Origin: Octopus sinensis
Lineage: Eukaryota
Direction: 5' to 3'
DNA length: 64,000 nt
Assembly (NCBI RefSeq): GCF_006345805.1
Contig: NC_043005.1
Coordinates: forward strand, 98,394,001 to 98,458,000
The notes beneath the pieces were generated by a model that did no database searches, was not told where the DNA came from, and saw only the letters and a list, made by a program, of their open reading frames with translations. Made by a program: the position numbers and the translations under genes. Of the stretch, positions 26,399-39,488 are shown in pieces. Each line of letters opens with the position of its first letter. Within the stretch, counting starts at the first letter, position 1.

Positions 26399-28207
26399 CA
26401 ATATATATATATCGAATAGTTAAGAGTCATTTGAATTAGGTACTTAAACTGAGGCACCAAGCCGGTACAGTATAGACCTCGCAACTCGAAGTGAGGTGAA
26501 TAAAAAGCAAATAAGTAACAAGGATGTTTCGGTATTAGTGTATTGCGGGTGTTAGTAGGCTTTAGATATACATTTTCCTCTATATTCATTCTGCCACAAA
26601 GATAGCAAAGGGAAACAATATAATTATTTATAAAAGACGAGGTAGCAATGCCTTTTATCATGGTTTTACTTCGTCAAGTTCAGACAATGACTAAATATCG
26701 TCATCACTAGCAGCAGCAGCAGCACCACCACCACCACCATCACCACCACCACAACCACCACCACCATCACCACCACCACGACCACCACCACCATCACCAC
26801 CACCAATAGGAAGATTGAGTCTACTGTCCATGGTATTATCAATTAAAAATCCATTGAAACCATTACATTTTATTATAAAGTCTTTTGAGAAATCCAGTTA
26901 AGTATTTAAATACTTAGAAAAACCACGAACGTGCAGATGACATCAGGCATCACCTGATCAAGTTTATCTCCCACAGTCCAGAATAATTCTCTTAAAAAAG
27001 AGAAACGAATAAAGTTACGAGATGCAGTATGTAAAGTACTGTACTAGAATATTCATCATATGGAAACGTAACAAGATATTAACCAACAGTTACTTCCCTT
27101 CCCTTACAAGGGACATAATTTGCAATATAATGTAAGGAGTAACTTCCCTTGAATTTCGTTTTGGACCAGTTTGTAAAGGAGAGTTAGATTTATATAAGAA
27201 TTTAGTTACTTTTCTGTTCATTGTGGTCCTGCTATTCTCGTTAACTGGGATCTTCCAACGATCTGTTACTATTAAATTCTCGAGAAAGACAGGCCTGAAC
27301 ATTAGCGTGTCGGATTAAATTTTTGCAGTATTTGATTCTGTTTATACTCATTTCAGATACTGTTATAGACAAGTTCTCTCTTTTCTCTTTTACTTGTTTC
27401 AGTCATTTTGACTGCGGCTATGCTGGAGCACCGCCTTTAGTCGAGCAAATCGACCCCAGGGCTTATTCTTTGTAAGCCTAGTACTTATTCTCGCTAAGTT
27501 ACGGGTACGTAAACACACATCGGATGTCAAGCGATGTTGGGGACACACATACATAAACATACGCACACACATACATATATATATACCAAATCCACTCACA
27601 AGGCCTTGGTCGGCCCGAGGCTATAGTAGAAGACACTTGCCCAAGGTGCCAGCAAGTGGGACTGAACCCGGTAACATGTGGTTGGCAAGCAAGCTACTTA
27701 CCACACAACCACTCCTTCGCCTTACAAATTTTCTTTATTTTTGTTTTTATACATCACATAACCAAAGGAGTCAGAGACTTCTTCCCCATCCGCAAGACCA
27801 CTTTTAGGGCTCGATTGGTTTCTTAAAAGAATTTGAACTTAGAACGTGAAGATCTGGAAAAAGGACCACAAGACATTCCGTTCTCCGACATTTTAATAAC
27901 GCGGCCAATCTACCCGTCTGGACAACAAATGTATTTATCGATCCTGAAAGGATGAAAGACGAAAATGAAATAAAATGAGGGAACAAGCTGAAGGATGTGT
28001 ACTTGGTGTTTGGTGAATGCAGTGACAGCTCTGGCCATGTTTCAGTGAAACAAATATTAATAAAGACCATACACACACGCGTGCATACATACATACATAC
28101 ATACATACATACATACATACATACACATACATACATACATGCATGCATGCATGCATGCATGCGTGCGTGCATGCATGCATACATACATACATACATACAT
28201 ACATACA

Positions 28208-28238
<31 letters not shown>

Positions 28239-28550
28239 GTATATATATAACAGTCGCCATGATAGATCGGTAGCCACTACACACATTTTTTTCTCTCCTT
28301 GTTTCTCTCCCTGTTTTTTTTTTCTGTGTCCCTTTCTGTAGAAGAGCGTAGGCTCGAAACGTGAAACGTAAAAGACTTTTTCAATTCCTGAGCGTTATAC
28401 TAATACATTTGTTTGTTTTGTACACCACCTGTCTTCGTTTTTTGTTTTGCGTAAACTCTCCCTATATATATATGATATTATTGTTATTTCTTACGAAAAA
28501 TATGGAACTACTTAAGAGATGCTCGGGTTGAACTCGAGACAAAAGATAAG

Positions 28551-29618
28551 AATTAAGATATAACTCAAATAAGGCAATCATACTCATATAGTTATAAATT
28601 CGACTTAAAATGCGTATACATATATTATTAATACATATCAACACATATGAATGTTTTAAAAAATATTTATAAAACATAAATATATATATATATATAAATA
28701 TTCATCAAAATACAGGAAAGTAAAACCCATGTGGGATATGTATGGAAGGAAGTGTGAGAAAAAGAGAACTGATAAAAATTTTCTTTGTACTAAATTTAAG
28801 AGCAGTTAAGAACTTCAATTAAAAGATCCATAGAGTTCGATGTGCTTTCTTTTTTTAAATATATAAATGGTATATACTGTATATAATACAGTTCAATGAA
28901 GTCAACTTTTTACGGCCGTTTCCCGAGTTCATGTCCTGGCAGAAATTTTTTAAAAAAATTTACAAACCATGAGGACAATGTCCCCTTCATCAGGAAAGGT
29001 ATCCTCATAAAATCACATTTTCGACACTTTTTTCTCACACTTCCTTCCATACGGATCCTACATGAGTTTTATTTACATGTATTTTTATGTATATTTATAA
29101 ATATATTTATAATTAATAAATATTAAAAAAAAAGTATTTATGTGCCGCGATATCTCTCTCTATATAAACGGCAGTTTGTCTGTGCGTTTTCTGTGTGTCT
29201 GTTTTCTCGTACCCTCACTCTGACCACGGCTTTCAACCGATTCTGATGAAACTTGACACACACATAGCCCAATGTCATAATTCAAAACTAACGCAGCGAA
29301 AATTTTGAAAAGTTCCCCCAGTTCTGAAAAAAATCGATAAATTCGACATGGGGTCGAGAATCAGAAACCCAAACCACAGACCGTCTAGGGGACGCAACTC
29401 CACCTTTTTTAACTCTCAAAAAATTTACCATCATTTTTTTTTCCATTTTTTTGCTATTTTTTGGCTATAACTCTCTAAAAATGCTTTATAGTTATTTCCC
29501 TTACAAACCTGAGCAACGCCGGGCGATACTGCTAGTGTGTTAATATATGAATTCGCATTTTAAGTCGAATTTATAAATGTATGAGTAACACTGCCTAATC
29601 TGAGTTTATATCTTAATT
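28551..29618. mobile_element. Putative ~1.07-kb TIR-bounded non-autonomous element containing the Helitron at 29153
   Basis: Inverted ~76-bp arms at 28551-28626 and 29542-29618, with a perfect 23-bp core TTATAAATTCGACTTAAAATGCG. Confidence 0.6.
29153..29535 (+). mobile_element. Non-autonomous Helitron
   Basis: A|TC 5' end (TCTCTCTCTATATAAACGG), subterminal CCTGAGCAACGCCGGG hairpin-like motif and CTAG|T 3' end. Confidence 0.75.
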
Positions 29619-29769
29619 ATTATATATACACACACGCGCGTGCATACATACATACATACATACATACATACTACATACATACATACATATACACACACGC
29701 GTGCATACATACATACATACATGCATGCATACATATATACATACATACGTACATACATACATACATACA

Positions 29770-29801
<32 letters not shown>

Positions 29802-29885
29802 CACACACGCGTGCATACATACATACATGCATGCATACATATATACATACGTACGTACATACATACATACATACATACACATACA

Positions 29886-29917
<32 letters not shown>

Positions 29918-30009
29918 CGTATGTTGTTCTCTTTCGCTTTTTAATTCAGAGTAAATTTTGACCGACTACCCGCTAGATAACAAAGTTGTAAAGGAAAGTA
30001 TCTTTTTTT

Positions 30010-31660
30010 TCCGCATGCTTTAAATCTTACGAAAGTCTTGAAGGTTTTTATAGTCCCAGATATCGCGATCATTGGTAGTGCATGAATTAAAGATTTACGT
30101 TCTCTCCATAAGAACCCAAGTTCAGCCATACATCACTCCAGGCAGTTTGGTGTGTATTTTGTTGCTCCAATAATAATGAGGATGAAACTGAAAGTGTATC
30201 TTGGGTACTGGACTCGTAAACTCCTTACTTATGCTCCAATGATGTCATCGTTCCGTCTGCCACAGGGAAGCTGATTTCCACAAGAGAAGGTATCTTCTGT
30301 TTGTGATTCCACACGATATCTGGCCAGGTGTGTTTTAACTTAGTGGCTGTTTAAATTTTTACGTTCCACCAGTATTCTTATTTCTTTATTACCCACAAGG
30401 GGCTAAACATAGAGGGGACAAACAAGGACAGACAAAGGGATTAAGTCGATTACATCGACCCCAGTGCGTAACTGGTACTTTATTTATCGACCCCGAAAGG
30501 ATGAAAGGCAAAGTCGACCTCGGCGGAATTTGAACTCAGAACGTAACGGCAGACAAAATACCTATTTCTTTATTACCCACAAGGGGCTAAACACAGAGGG
30601 GACAAACAAGGACAGACATAGGTATTAAGTCGATTACATCGGCCCCAGTGCGTAACTGGTACTTAATTAATCGACCCCGAAAGGATGAAAGGCAAAGTCG
30701 ACCTCGGCGGAATTTGAACTCAGAACGTAACGGCAGACGAAATACGGCTACGCAATTTGTCCGACGTGCTAACGTTTCTGCCAGCTCACCGCAGACAAAA
30801 TACCGCTAAGCATTTAGCCCGGCGTGCTAACGATTCTGCCAGCTCGCCGCCTTTTACGTTCCACCAGTATTCTTTTGGCTCATCGGCTTCAATATAGTCA
30901 ACTTTATTAGGTGTTTTCTTTTTTGGTATTCTCTTTTTTGGTATTCTGTTCCAGACCGGTCTGGCCACTGCATCATGCCTTATGGGGGCGATAATATCTG
31001 AAAGGCATTCTCTCACAGTTGGTAATAATGCTGTCTTCAGTCTTGGTCTTTCACAGTCTACATTTGTTGTCTGTCAAAGTTTTCTGCCTCTTATGCTGTA
31101 GGCATTCGGCGAGGATCTCTTGATCCTGAATTGCATGGAGGTTGCCTCCAAAGTGGGATGTCATAAACGTGTTGGTATTCCGTGCCAAACTTTTGACATG
31201 ATCAATCCCTTCTATGGTTCGTGTTATTCGTGCCAATTCGTGCCATGTACTCATGTACTATCTTCTCAGTGAATTGGTCCATTTTTCATTATTTTGTTCT
31301 TCTGGCAGTGTTTATCAATGATCCGTGGGAAGAGATCTGTATCAGCTCTTACTTCACACCTCTTCTCAAGTTCATTCGCTACCCTAATTATGTTATTGAT
31401 TTCATAGTCGCAAACTTGGGCGAGATAGTTTACTAGTCTCTTTCCTTTGCTGCAGATATTGATGCAGTGTCACAGTACGTGCTTCGTATGACATGAATAC
31501 AGATTTGAGACCAAGATCACCGTCCCTGCGTGGAAAGTATAACCTGTCTACATCTCCGTTGATGTAGTAACACTGAGCAGCTTGCGAGTTTGAGCATGTA
31601 TCTCATTAAAGTTCTTGTAGTGACCAGATGCGAGAACTCTAAAGAGGGAGCTAATGAGGG
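30010..31660 (-). mobile_element. 5'-truncated non-LTR retrotransposon relic with restriction-like endonuclease (R4/Dong-like), interrupted by nested SINEs
   Basis: Minus-strand fragments GDVDRLYFPRRDGDLGLKSV (RT thumb region), HAIQDQEI..DNKCRL (CCHC knuckle), RHDAVARPVW and KHTWPDIVW (PD..D endonuclease). Confidence 0.75.
30380..30851 (-). mobile_element. Family A SINE containing a second full-length family A SINE (30563-30790)
   Basis: Outer 23-bp TSD TTTTACGTTCCACCAGTATTCTT at 30357-30379 and 30852-30874. Inner 14-bp TSD GCAGACAAAATACC at 30549-30562 and 30791-30804. Confidence 0.92.
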
Positions 31661-31846
31661 AGCTTGAAACACGGTTGTTCGCTCTGGTAGAAATAGTAGT
31701 GAAATTGCCTACAATTCAAACCTTATAGATTTGATTAAAGAAGGACAATGTACTCCTCGATACACACAGTGCTGGGAAGGGCACGGCTGGAAGGATTTTT
31801 CACCATCGAACTGCTCGATCAAGGCTGAGGAGATGTTCAGCAATAG

Positions 31847-31878
<32 letters not shown>

Positions 31879-31982
31879 ACAATCTGCAATGATTATTTTG
31901 CATCGAAGTATTTACCTATCATGTATATAATACACATATATGTATACATACATATATTATATAATATATTATGAATATACTA

Positions 31983-32055
<73 letters not shown>

Positions 32056-32145
32056 ATATATATATGTATACATATATGTATTATATATATATGTATACAT
32101 ATATGTATATATATATCCATACATTTATATATATATAATCTATGT

Positions 32146-32188
<43 letters not shown>

Positions 32189-32827
32189 TAATATGTATGT
32201 GTGTGTATACATATATATATATACATACATAACATATACATGGACACAAATTTTGCCATTTCATTCATTAATTTTCTTTCTTTACTTCTTTCTAGATTCC
32301 TTCTTTTACATCTTCCTTTCATTCATTCTTTCTCTTATATGTAACTTTTTCCTATTCATCTTTACTATTCCTTCCTCAACTCTTATCTCTCTCTCTCTCT
32401 TTCAGTATTTCTCACTCTCTCCTCTCTTTCTCTCTCTATTTAGTTCTCTTTCCATCTCCCCCTCTTTGCCTCTCAACGTTTCTATCTTTCGTTCGTCCGT
32501 CTCTTTCTGCTACTTTATCGCTCCTTTCTCTCTCTCCTTACCCTCTCACTCTCTCTCTCTCTCTCTCTCTCTTCTTCCATTCTTTCTCTCTCCGTTTTAC
32601 TGTTCTTTTTTTTATATCTTACAGTCCCCCCCCTTTAACGCCACTAAACCACTCTCCCCGCCACTACTATTAACGCCACCCCACTTCCTGTAGACAACGT
32701 GAGACTGACTAATTCAGATCTTTCACTGCTCTGTTCCCGTCCACCTCCTGCATTGAAGGGGTGGACGGGTACTGACACACATTTACATACACACACACAC
32801 ACACACATATATATATATTATATGCAC

Positions 32828-32858
<31 letters not shown>

Positions 32859-33059
32859 ATTCATGCATGTATAAACATACGCTCACAATCACACACAAAC
32901 ATAGATACGCGCACACATGTACATACACTCGCACTCACGCGCCCGCCCTCGCCCGCGCGCGTGCGCGTGCAAGATCTTCTTTGATGTGTAGTGATGTCGA
33001 AATTGGTAGTTTATATTGTTCCAGGAATTGAAGAATCAAACACACCTTTGGCGACAGTA

Positions 33060-33222
33060 ACAATGACAACAACGCTTGCTGTTACCACCACCAGCACCCC
33101 CACCAGCACCCCCGCCGCCACCGCCACCCACCACCACCACAACCACCGCCACCCTCACTCACCACCACCACAACCACCGCCACCACCACCACCGCCACCA
33201 CCACCGCTACTACTACTACTAC

Positions 33223-33276
<54 letters not shown>

Positions 33277-33335
33277 GTCATGATCATCATTATCATGAAC
33301 AACAACAAGGCTATAACGACAATAACAACAATAAA
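33060..33335. repeat. (CCA)n/(CTA)n/(CAA)n trinucleotide block
   Basis: Direct inspection; source of the poly-P/poly-L ORF. Confidence 0.9.
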
Positions 33336-33679
33336 AGCGCAACGTAGTATTTATAGCAAAAAAATAGAAATACCAGTTGAAGCAGCAGCAACATCACAGT
33401 AACAAACAGCAAGCCAACAGGGGAACCTCTGAAGCTAGAAATAGCGACCAAATCTCTCGTCTTTAAGTGACGGTAAGATATATATATATATATAATATAT
33501 ATATATAATATATATATAATATATATATATATATATTATATATCGTCTTCTAAGAGTTAGACGTTCTTGTCCATGTTGTATTTTCTACATACCTTAATAT
33601 ATATATATATATATATATATATAACGCGAGAAAGAAGCAACAAGAATGGATAGGTTTTTAGTACGATCGTTTCATACAA

Positions 33680-33779
33680 NNNNNNNNNNNNNNNNNNNNN
33701 NNNNNNNNNNNNNNNNNNNNNNNNNNNNNNNNNNNNNNNNNNNNNNNNNNNNNNNNNNNNNNNNNNNNNNNNNNNNNNN
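33680..33779. other. Assembly gap (100 N)
   Basis: Run of exactly 100 N, typical of a scaffolding placeholder. Confidence 0.99.
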
Positions 33780-34364
33780 AGATTAATCAAGTATCAGCAG
33801 CAACAAGCCAGGAACTTAAAATAAGCATGATGAAAAACATGTCTTTGATATTTTGGTAAAAAGATGGTGTGGAATTTTGATCAAAGCACACAATATAACC
33901 AACATTAACTTTTTAGTCTTTTTTTATCAACATTTTTTTTTGTTGTTTTCAATATGCAGAGATTATGCAGAGAGAAAAAAATGTAGGAGTTTCCTTTTTA
34001 AAAATTTTACCAACACCCTACCTGTTCATTTTTAAAAACTTTTTTGATTTAAAAAAAAAATTGTGTGAATTTGGAGAGTAAGATTCGGTCAAAACATTTT
34101 TTTCCCAAAAAATACTTTCTGAATAACTAATTTGGTTAGTAACCAGTTTCTTTGCAAGGAAATTATTATATCAAAATAATCTTTAAAAGAAGCAGATTAA
34201 CACATACCTTATGAGGGGAAGTTTTTGTGTGAGTGCTTTTACTGTTTTGGCATGAAATTACTTACACAAAAACTCTCTTCTAACATGTCTGTTTTAATCT
34301 GTTACTTTTAAAAATTATTTGATAAAATAAGTATATTTTTAGAAATCGTTTTTTGTTTTCAAGT

Positions 34365-34397
<33 letters not shown>

Positions 34398-35094
34398 TAT
34401 ATATATAGATATATTATATAACAACACACACCACAGACATACACTATGAAAATTAGGAAACAGATATCTCAGGAACAGAAAGATTTTGAAAAACAAATAT
34501 CTGCTTTAAACTCTATTTCTAGATGGCTGGAGATTATTGGAGATAATGAACATGGTGATGATGATAATGATAGTGATGGTAGTGCTGGTGATGGTGGTGG
34601 AAGAGGAGGTAATTGCAGCAACACCTTGATGGAAAAAAAAAAATTAAACCTAAAGGAAATGAAAACTTCCAGAAAACATCAAAAAAGGAATGGAACACAC
34701 TTGATAAACTGAAGGTGTAGAAAAAGAAAACTGAGGAAATGAAAGACTATTTTTAATGTGTTACAATTCAAAACAAATTATCCATTTTCCCATATTACAC
34801 ATCAAAGTGAACTGATGAATAAGGAAAAGGGAAGGTGGATTAAAAGGGGCCATATATACTATGAATCACATATTATATTTATTTTAAAACTTTCATCATT
34901 CTCTGTTCTTATTTTATCTTCACCTTCCTATTTCTTTTTTTTTTTAATGTAAAAGTTTACACAATGGAAGGATAGCGGAGAACAAGTTAGTCTGATGTGA
35001 ATGTGACATAACAGTAAGAAGAAGAATGATTCTTCTGGTGATAGACAGGCACAAAAGTAAGCTCACACATGCAACAATATTGACATCATTAGAG

Positions 35095-35127
<33 letters not shown>

Positions 35128-37560
35128 GGGGAAGAAAGAAAAGAACATTTCATGTAAACTTACAACCACAGGTATACACATACTTGAAATTTTTGTAGGA
35201 TCTTGTATATATCATCTTAATGTGTGTGTTCTGAGAGAGAAATCTCTCTAAAATACACACACCTAGCCACACACAAACTTAAATCTAAGAAGTGTTTTGT
35301 TTGCTTACAAAATAAAATGAATAAAACACAAATAAGGCTTCAATTATTAATATTTTTATCCTTTTTGAAGAGGGCTGATTTAATCCAACATTAGAAAACT
35401 AATTAAGTCTAATTTTATTGAAGTGAAACCACAAAATTAAATGCAATATCAACAACAACAAATGATTAATTTGTTGTTGAATAGACTGGATGCAACCATT
35501 TGATTAATAACAATGCATAGTGGTCCAATGGCATGGTGAGATTTACACTGGTCACAAATCCTTTAACGGTAGTTCTTTTAATGATGGGTTGGTGAGACTG
35601 CACATAAAGCAAAGACATCAGTCTACATAGCAATCAAACATAACACAACAGGCAAATGAATTGGTCAATCAGTTCAATTACAGCCATGCCTCCAAGCTGT
35701 TTTTTCCAGATACAACATTCATAGCAAGTAGTCTGAAATCAGAAGAGTTAGGTGACTTGCTCACGTATATGTTACAGTTTTAGTGGTAGAACTTCATTTG
35801 TAATCCAGTAGACAGAATAATGCAGCTGCTTCAACAATAATTTCTTATATTGGTACAAGGTCAGGAATTTATAGTAGAGACATATAATTGATCGAATCAA
35901 GCTCAGCACACAACTGGCACTTATTTTATTCACCCCAATCAACCTTGACATAATTTAAATTCAGACTGAAGAGTGAAAAAACATAATACTGTAAGGCACT
36001 TAATCCAGTATTCTTCTGTTTCTGCAGCTTCATCACCCCCTTCAAAGTAATAATAATGGTGACAATATATATCCTCACAAACCACAGAAAAATTTCAAAG
36101 CCACATTACTTATTTCCATAGAGCAGATGTGAGTTAAATCCCCAACTGGACAGAATGCCAATTATTGCAGGAAACATCCCTAGAAGATCTGGTAGCTATT
36201 CTCCTCATCCTTGAGGACTGAAGTCTGTAGAATTAATTGTTCTTTGCCTAGAAACACACAATGAAAAGTCTGCAGTGAGTATGAACTCATAACTTATGCA
36301 TTCAGCAACGTCACCGAGGAACAAAGAAATGAACAAACATTAACTAAAATAAACTCTCAGAACATTTTTCTTTCTATGTTAGACGTTTATCAACCCTGTT
36401 ATTTTGTATTATCAGTTGGTTGAGACAACTGACACTGTTCCCCTGCAATCAATTAATGTTCCGGTATAAAATAGCAAAGAAATCCTGTTTTGCCCTTATG
36501 AAGCCTAACTAGAATTTAAGGAAAATTTGAAGGAAAATGAACAGACTCACTGCCAGGAACATGGTACATACAAATCCCCAAATCAGCATAGAGTGACAGG
36601 CCTCTGTTAATAATAAATTATTATTTCATGTTATCACCCTGAGCACTGGAATAGTTTTCAAAAATTTTAATTTTAACAAGTGACTTGCTAGAGAAGGTAA
36701 GTCTTTTAAATGCAGCCCGGTGCTATGGTAAGTATATGTGGTTCCACCATCCAATTTTTAATACAAATTTTCAACATGGTGTCAGACCAAGGCAGAATTT
36801 TCCGAATGAAATTCTCAGATTCATAGTTTTGATATGTGTTTTACAATACTATACGATATTGGGAATTATATATTAATTTGGAGGTGAGGTGGATCTTAAT
36901 TAAAATTTTTTGGATTTTTTTCAGTTACTTCTCGGGTAAGGAAGGGCTTTTAACCTTGTATTGGGAACCACTGAGCAAAAAGAAAAACCCCCTTTGCATT
37001 ACAACAATAAAAGTTGATGGGAGAGCTACTTATTTTTCCAATAAGGTTGGGCTACTGCAAGTAGAATAATATTGCTTTACCTAGGGTCACAACACACTGA
37101 CTGTAGCAAGAGTTTGAGCTAATGAGAAAACCAGATGCAGCCACTATGCCTCTTCTTTGTTGCTGAAAAATAATAGAAAAAAAAAAGAAAAGAAAAAAAA
37201 AAGAAAAGAATAACTTGACACAGCAGATATTCAAGAGATCTATATTTCATAATCATAATAACATTTTTTAAAAGAGAAAGGTGCCTGTCATGAGCAGCAG
37301 TTACAATTAGAGAAATGGTTGTCCTAAAATGTGATTTAGTAAAATTATAGGCAGCATGGGAGTGTATGAATGAATGAATGAGAAGTGGGATAGGGTTAAT
37401 GAAATAGATGTTAATTCAGAACTACTAGTTACCAAAACAATGAAATATGAGTGTGGGGAGGTGAGAAGAAGACAAGGAACAAAGAAAACAAAAATATATG
37501 CCATCTATGTAATCTTTATATCTGCAGAGGTAATGCTAATATCTATACAGAACACATCCG

Positions 37561-37597
<37 letters not shown>

Positions 37598-37736
37598 ACT
37601 CTACTCAATGTATGGAGTTCTATAACAGTTAATGTTTGCACTATGTAAAATATAAACTTTAATACACTTTACAGCTCTTAAGTTTCATATATATATATAT
37701 ATATACAATAAAAATTACATATATATATATTAATAT

Positions 37737-37804
37737 ATAATATAAGTATACATATAGTAATATATATATATATATATATATATAATATAAGTATACATAT
37801 AGTA

Positions 37805-37836
<32 letters not shown>

Positions 37837-37849
37837 AGTATACATATAG

Positions 37850-37911
<62 letters not shown>

Positions 37912-37924
37912 AGTATACATATAG

Positions 37925-37960
<36 letters not shown>

Positions 37961-38095
37961 AGTATACATATAGTAATATATATATATATATATATATAAG
38001 TATACATATAGTAATATATATATATATATATAATATAAGTATACATATAGTAATATATATATATATATATATATAATATAAGTATACATATAGTA

Positions 38096-38128
<33 letters not shown>

Positions 38129-38144
38129 AATATAAGTAATATAG

Positions 38145-38186
<42 letters not shown>

Positions 38187-38199
38187 AGTATACATATAG

Positions 38200-38243
<44 letters not shown>

Positions 38244-38261
38244 AGTAATATAGTAATATAT

Positions 38262-38306
<45 letters not shown>

Positions 38307-38919
38307 AGTATACATATAGTAATATATATTTATATATATATACATATATATAATATAAGTATACATATAGTAATATATATTTATATATATATACATATAT
38401 ATATATAATATAAGTATACATATAGTAATATATATTTATATATATATACATATATATATATAATATAAGTATACATATAGTAATATATATTTATATATAT
38501 ATACATATATATATATAATATAAGTATACATATAGTAATATATATTTATATATATATACATATATATATATAATATAAGTATACATATAGTAATATATAT
38601 TTATATATATATACATATATATATATAATATAAGTATACATATAGTAATATATATTTATATATATATACATATATATATATAATATAAGTATACATATAG
38701 TAATATATATTTATATATATATACATATATATATATAATATAAGTATACATATAGTAATATATATTTATATATATATACATATATATATATAATATAAGT
38801 ATACATATAGTAAATATATTTATATATATATACATATATATATATAATATAAGTATACATATAGTAATATATTTATATATATATACATATATATATATAA
38901 TATAAGTATACATATAGTA

Positions 38920-38920
<1 letters not shown>
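37737..38920. repeat. Compound minisatellite: 23 copies of the core AATATAAGTATACATATAGTAA, regularised to a 55-bp unit in the right half
   Basis: Unit starts at 38461, 38516, 38571, 38626, 38681, 38736 and 38791 (period 55). Left copies have variable (TA)n spacers, and two carry the variant AAGTAATATAGTAA. Confidence 0.92.
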
Positions 38921-38995
<75 letters not shown>

Positions 38996-39488
38996 CATAT
39001 ATATTAAATATAAGTATATATATATATATATACATACATATATACATACATATATATTAATATATATGTACATATACACATACACATAGTCACACAATTC
39101 ACATATATATTCATAACATCATTTCCTAAGTAAAAACTCAGATGCAAAACTTGACAAATATGTGTGCAATGCGGAGATTCTCTATCCAAGCATCTGTAAG
39201 TGGCATGGCACATTCAAAAAAGAAACTGGAGGACAGGGCTAACAATCTCCTACCAACACATAATGTGGGGAAAGCACAGTGGCAGTGATGGCAACAGACA
39301 GACAGGGTGCGACCTGAAGTAGGAGGAGGAGGAGGAAGAAGTGGGGGAGAAGATGGAGGAGAGGGGCTATAGTAGCTCTTATGCCTACTGTGGAGTTGAA
39401 TATACAAAAAAGGTATGTTGGTTAACCTACAAGGTCGTAAGACACAACAATACTGCCGTGGTGTTCGAATGAGGAGGCAACGGTGATG

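Noticed and set aside
26194-26661. 155-aa minus-strand ORF
   Set aside because: Half is microsatellite and the rest has no recognisable motif or splice support.
32991-33347. 118-aa ORF with poly-T/H/P/L tracts
   Set aside because: Made entirely of CCA/CTA/CAA trinucleotide repeats; no splice-supported domain.
36690-36733. Two GGTAAGT donors 31 nt apart, with a possible 12-nt microexon CCCGGTGCTATG on +
   Set aside because: No plus-strand host gene is evident, and the 19-nt gap is too short for an intron; likely chance.
37737-38920. Constant core with variable spacers superficially resembling a CRISPR array
   Set aside because: Spacers are (TA)n, not unique sequence; the context is eukaryotic and no cas genes are present.
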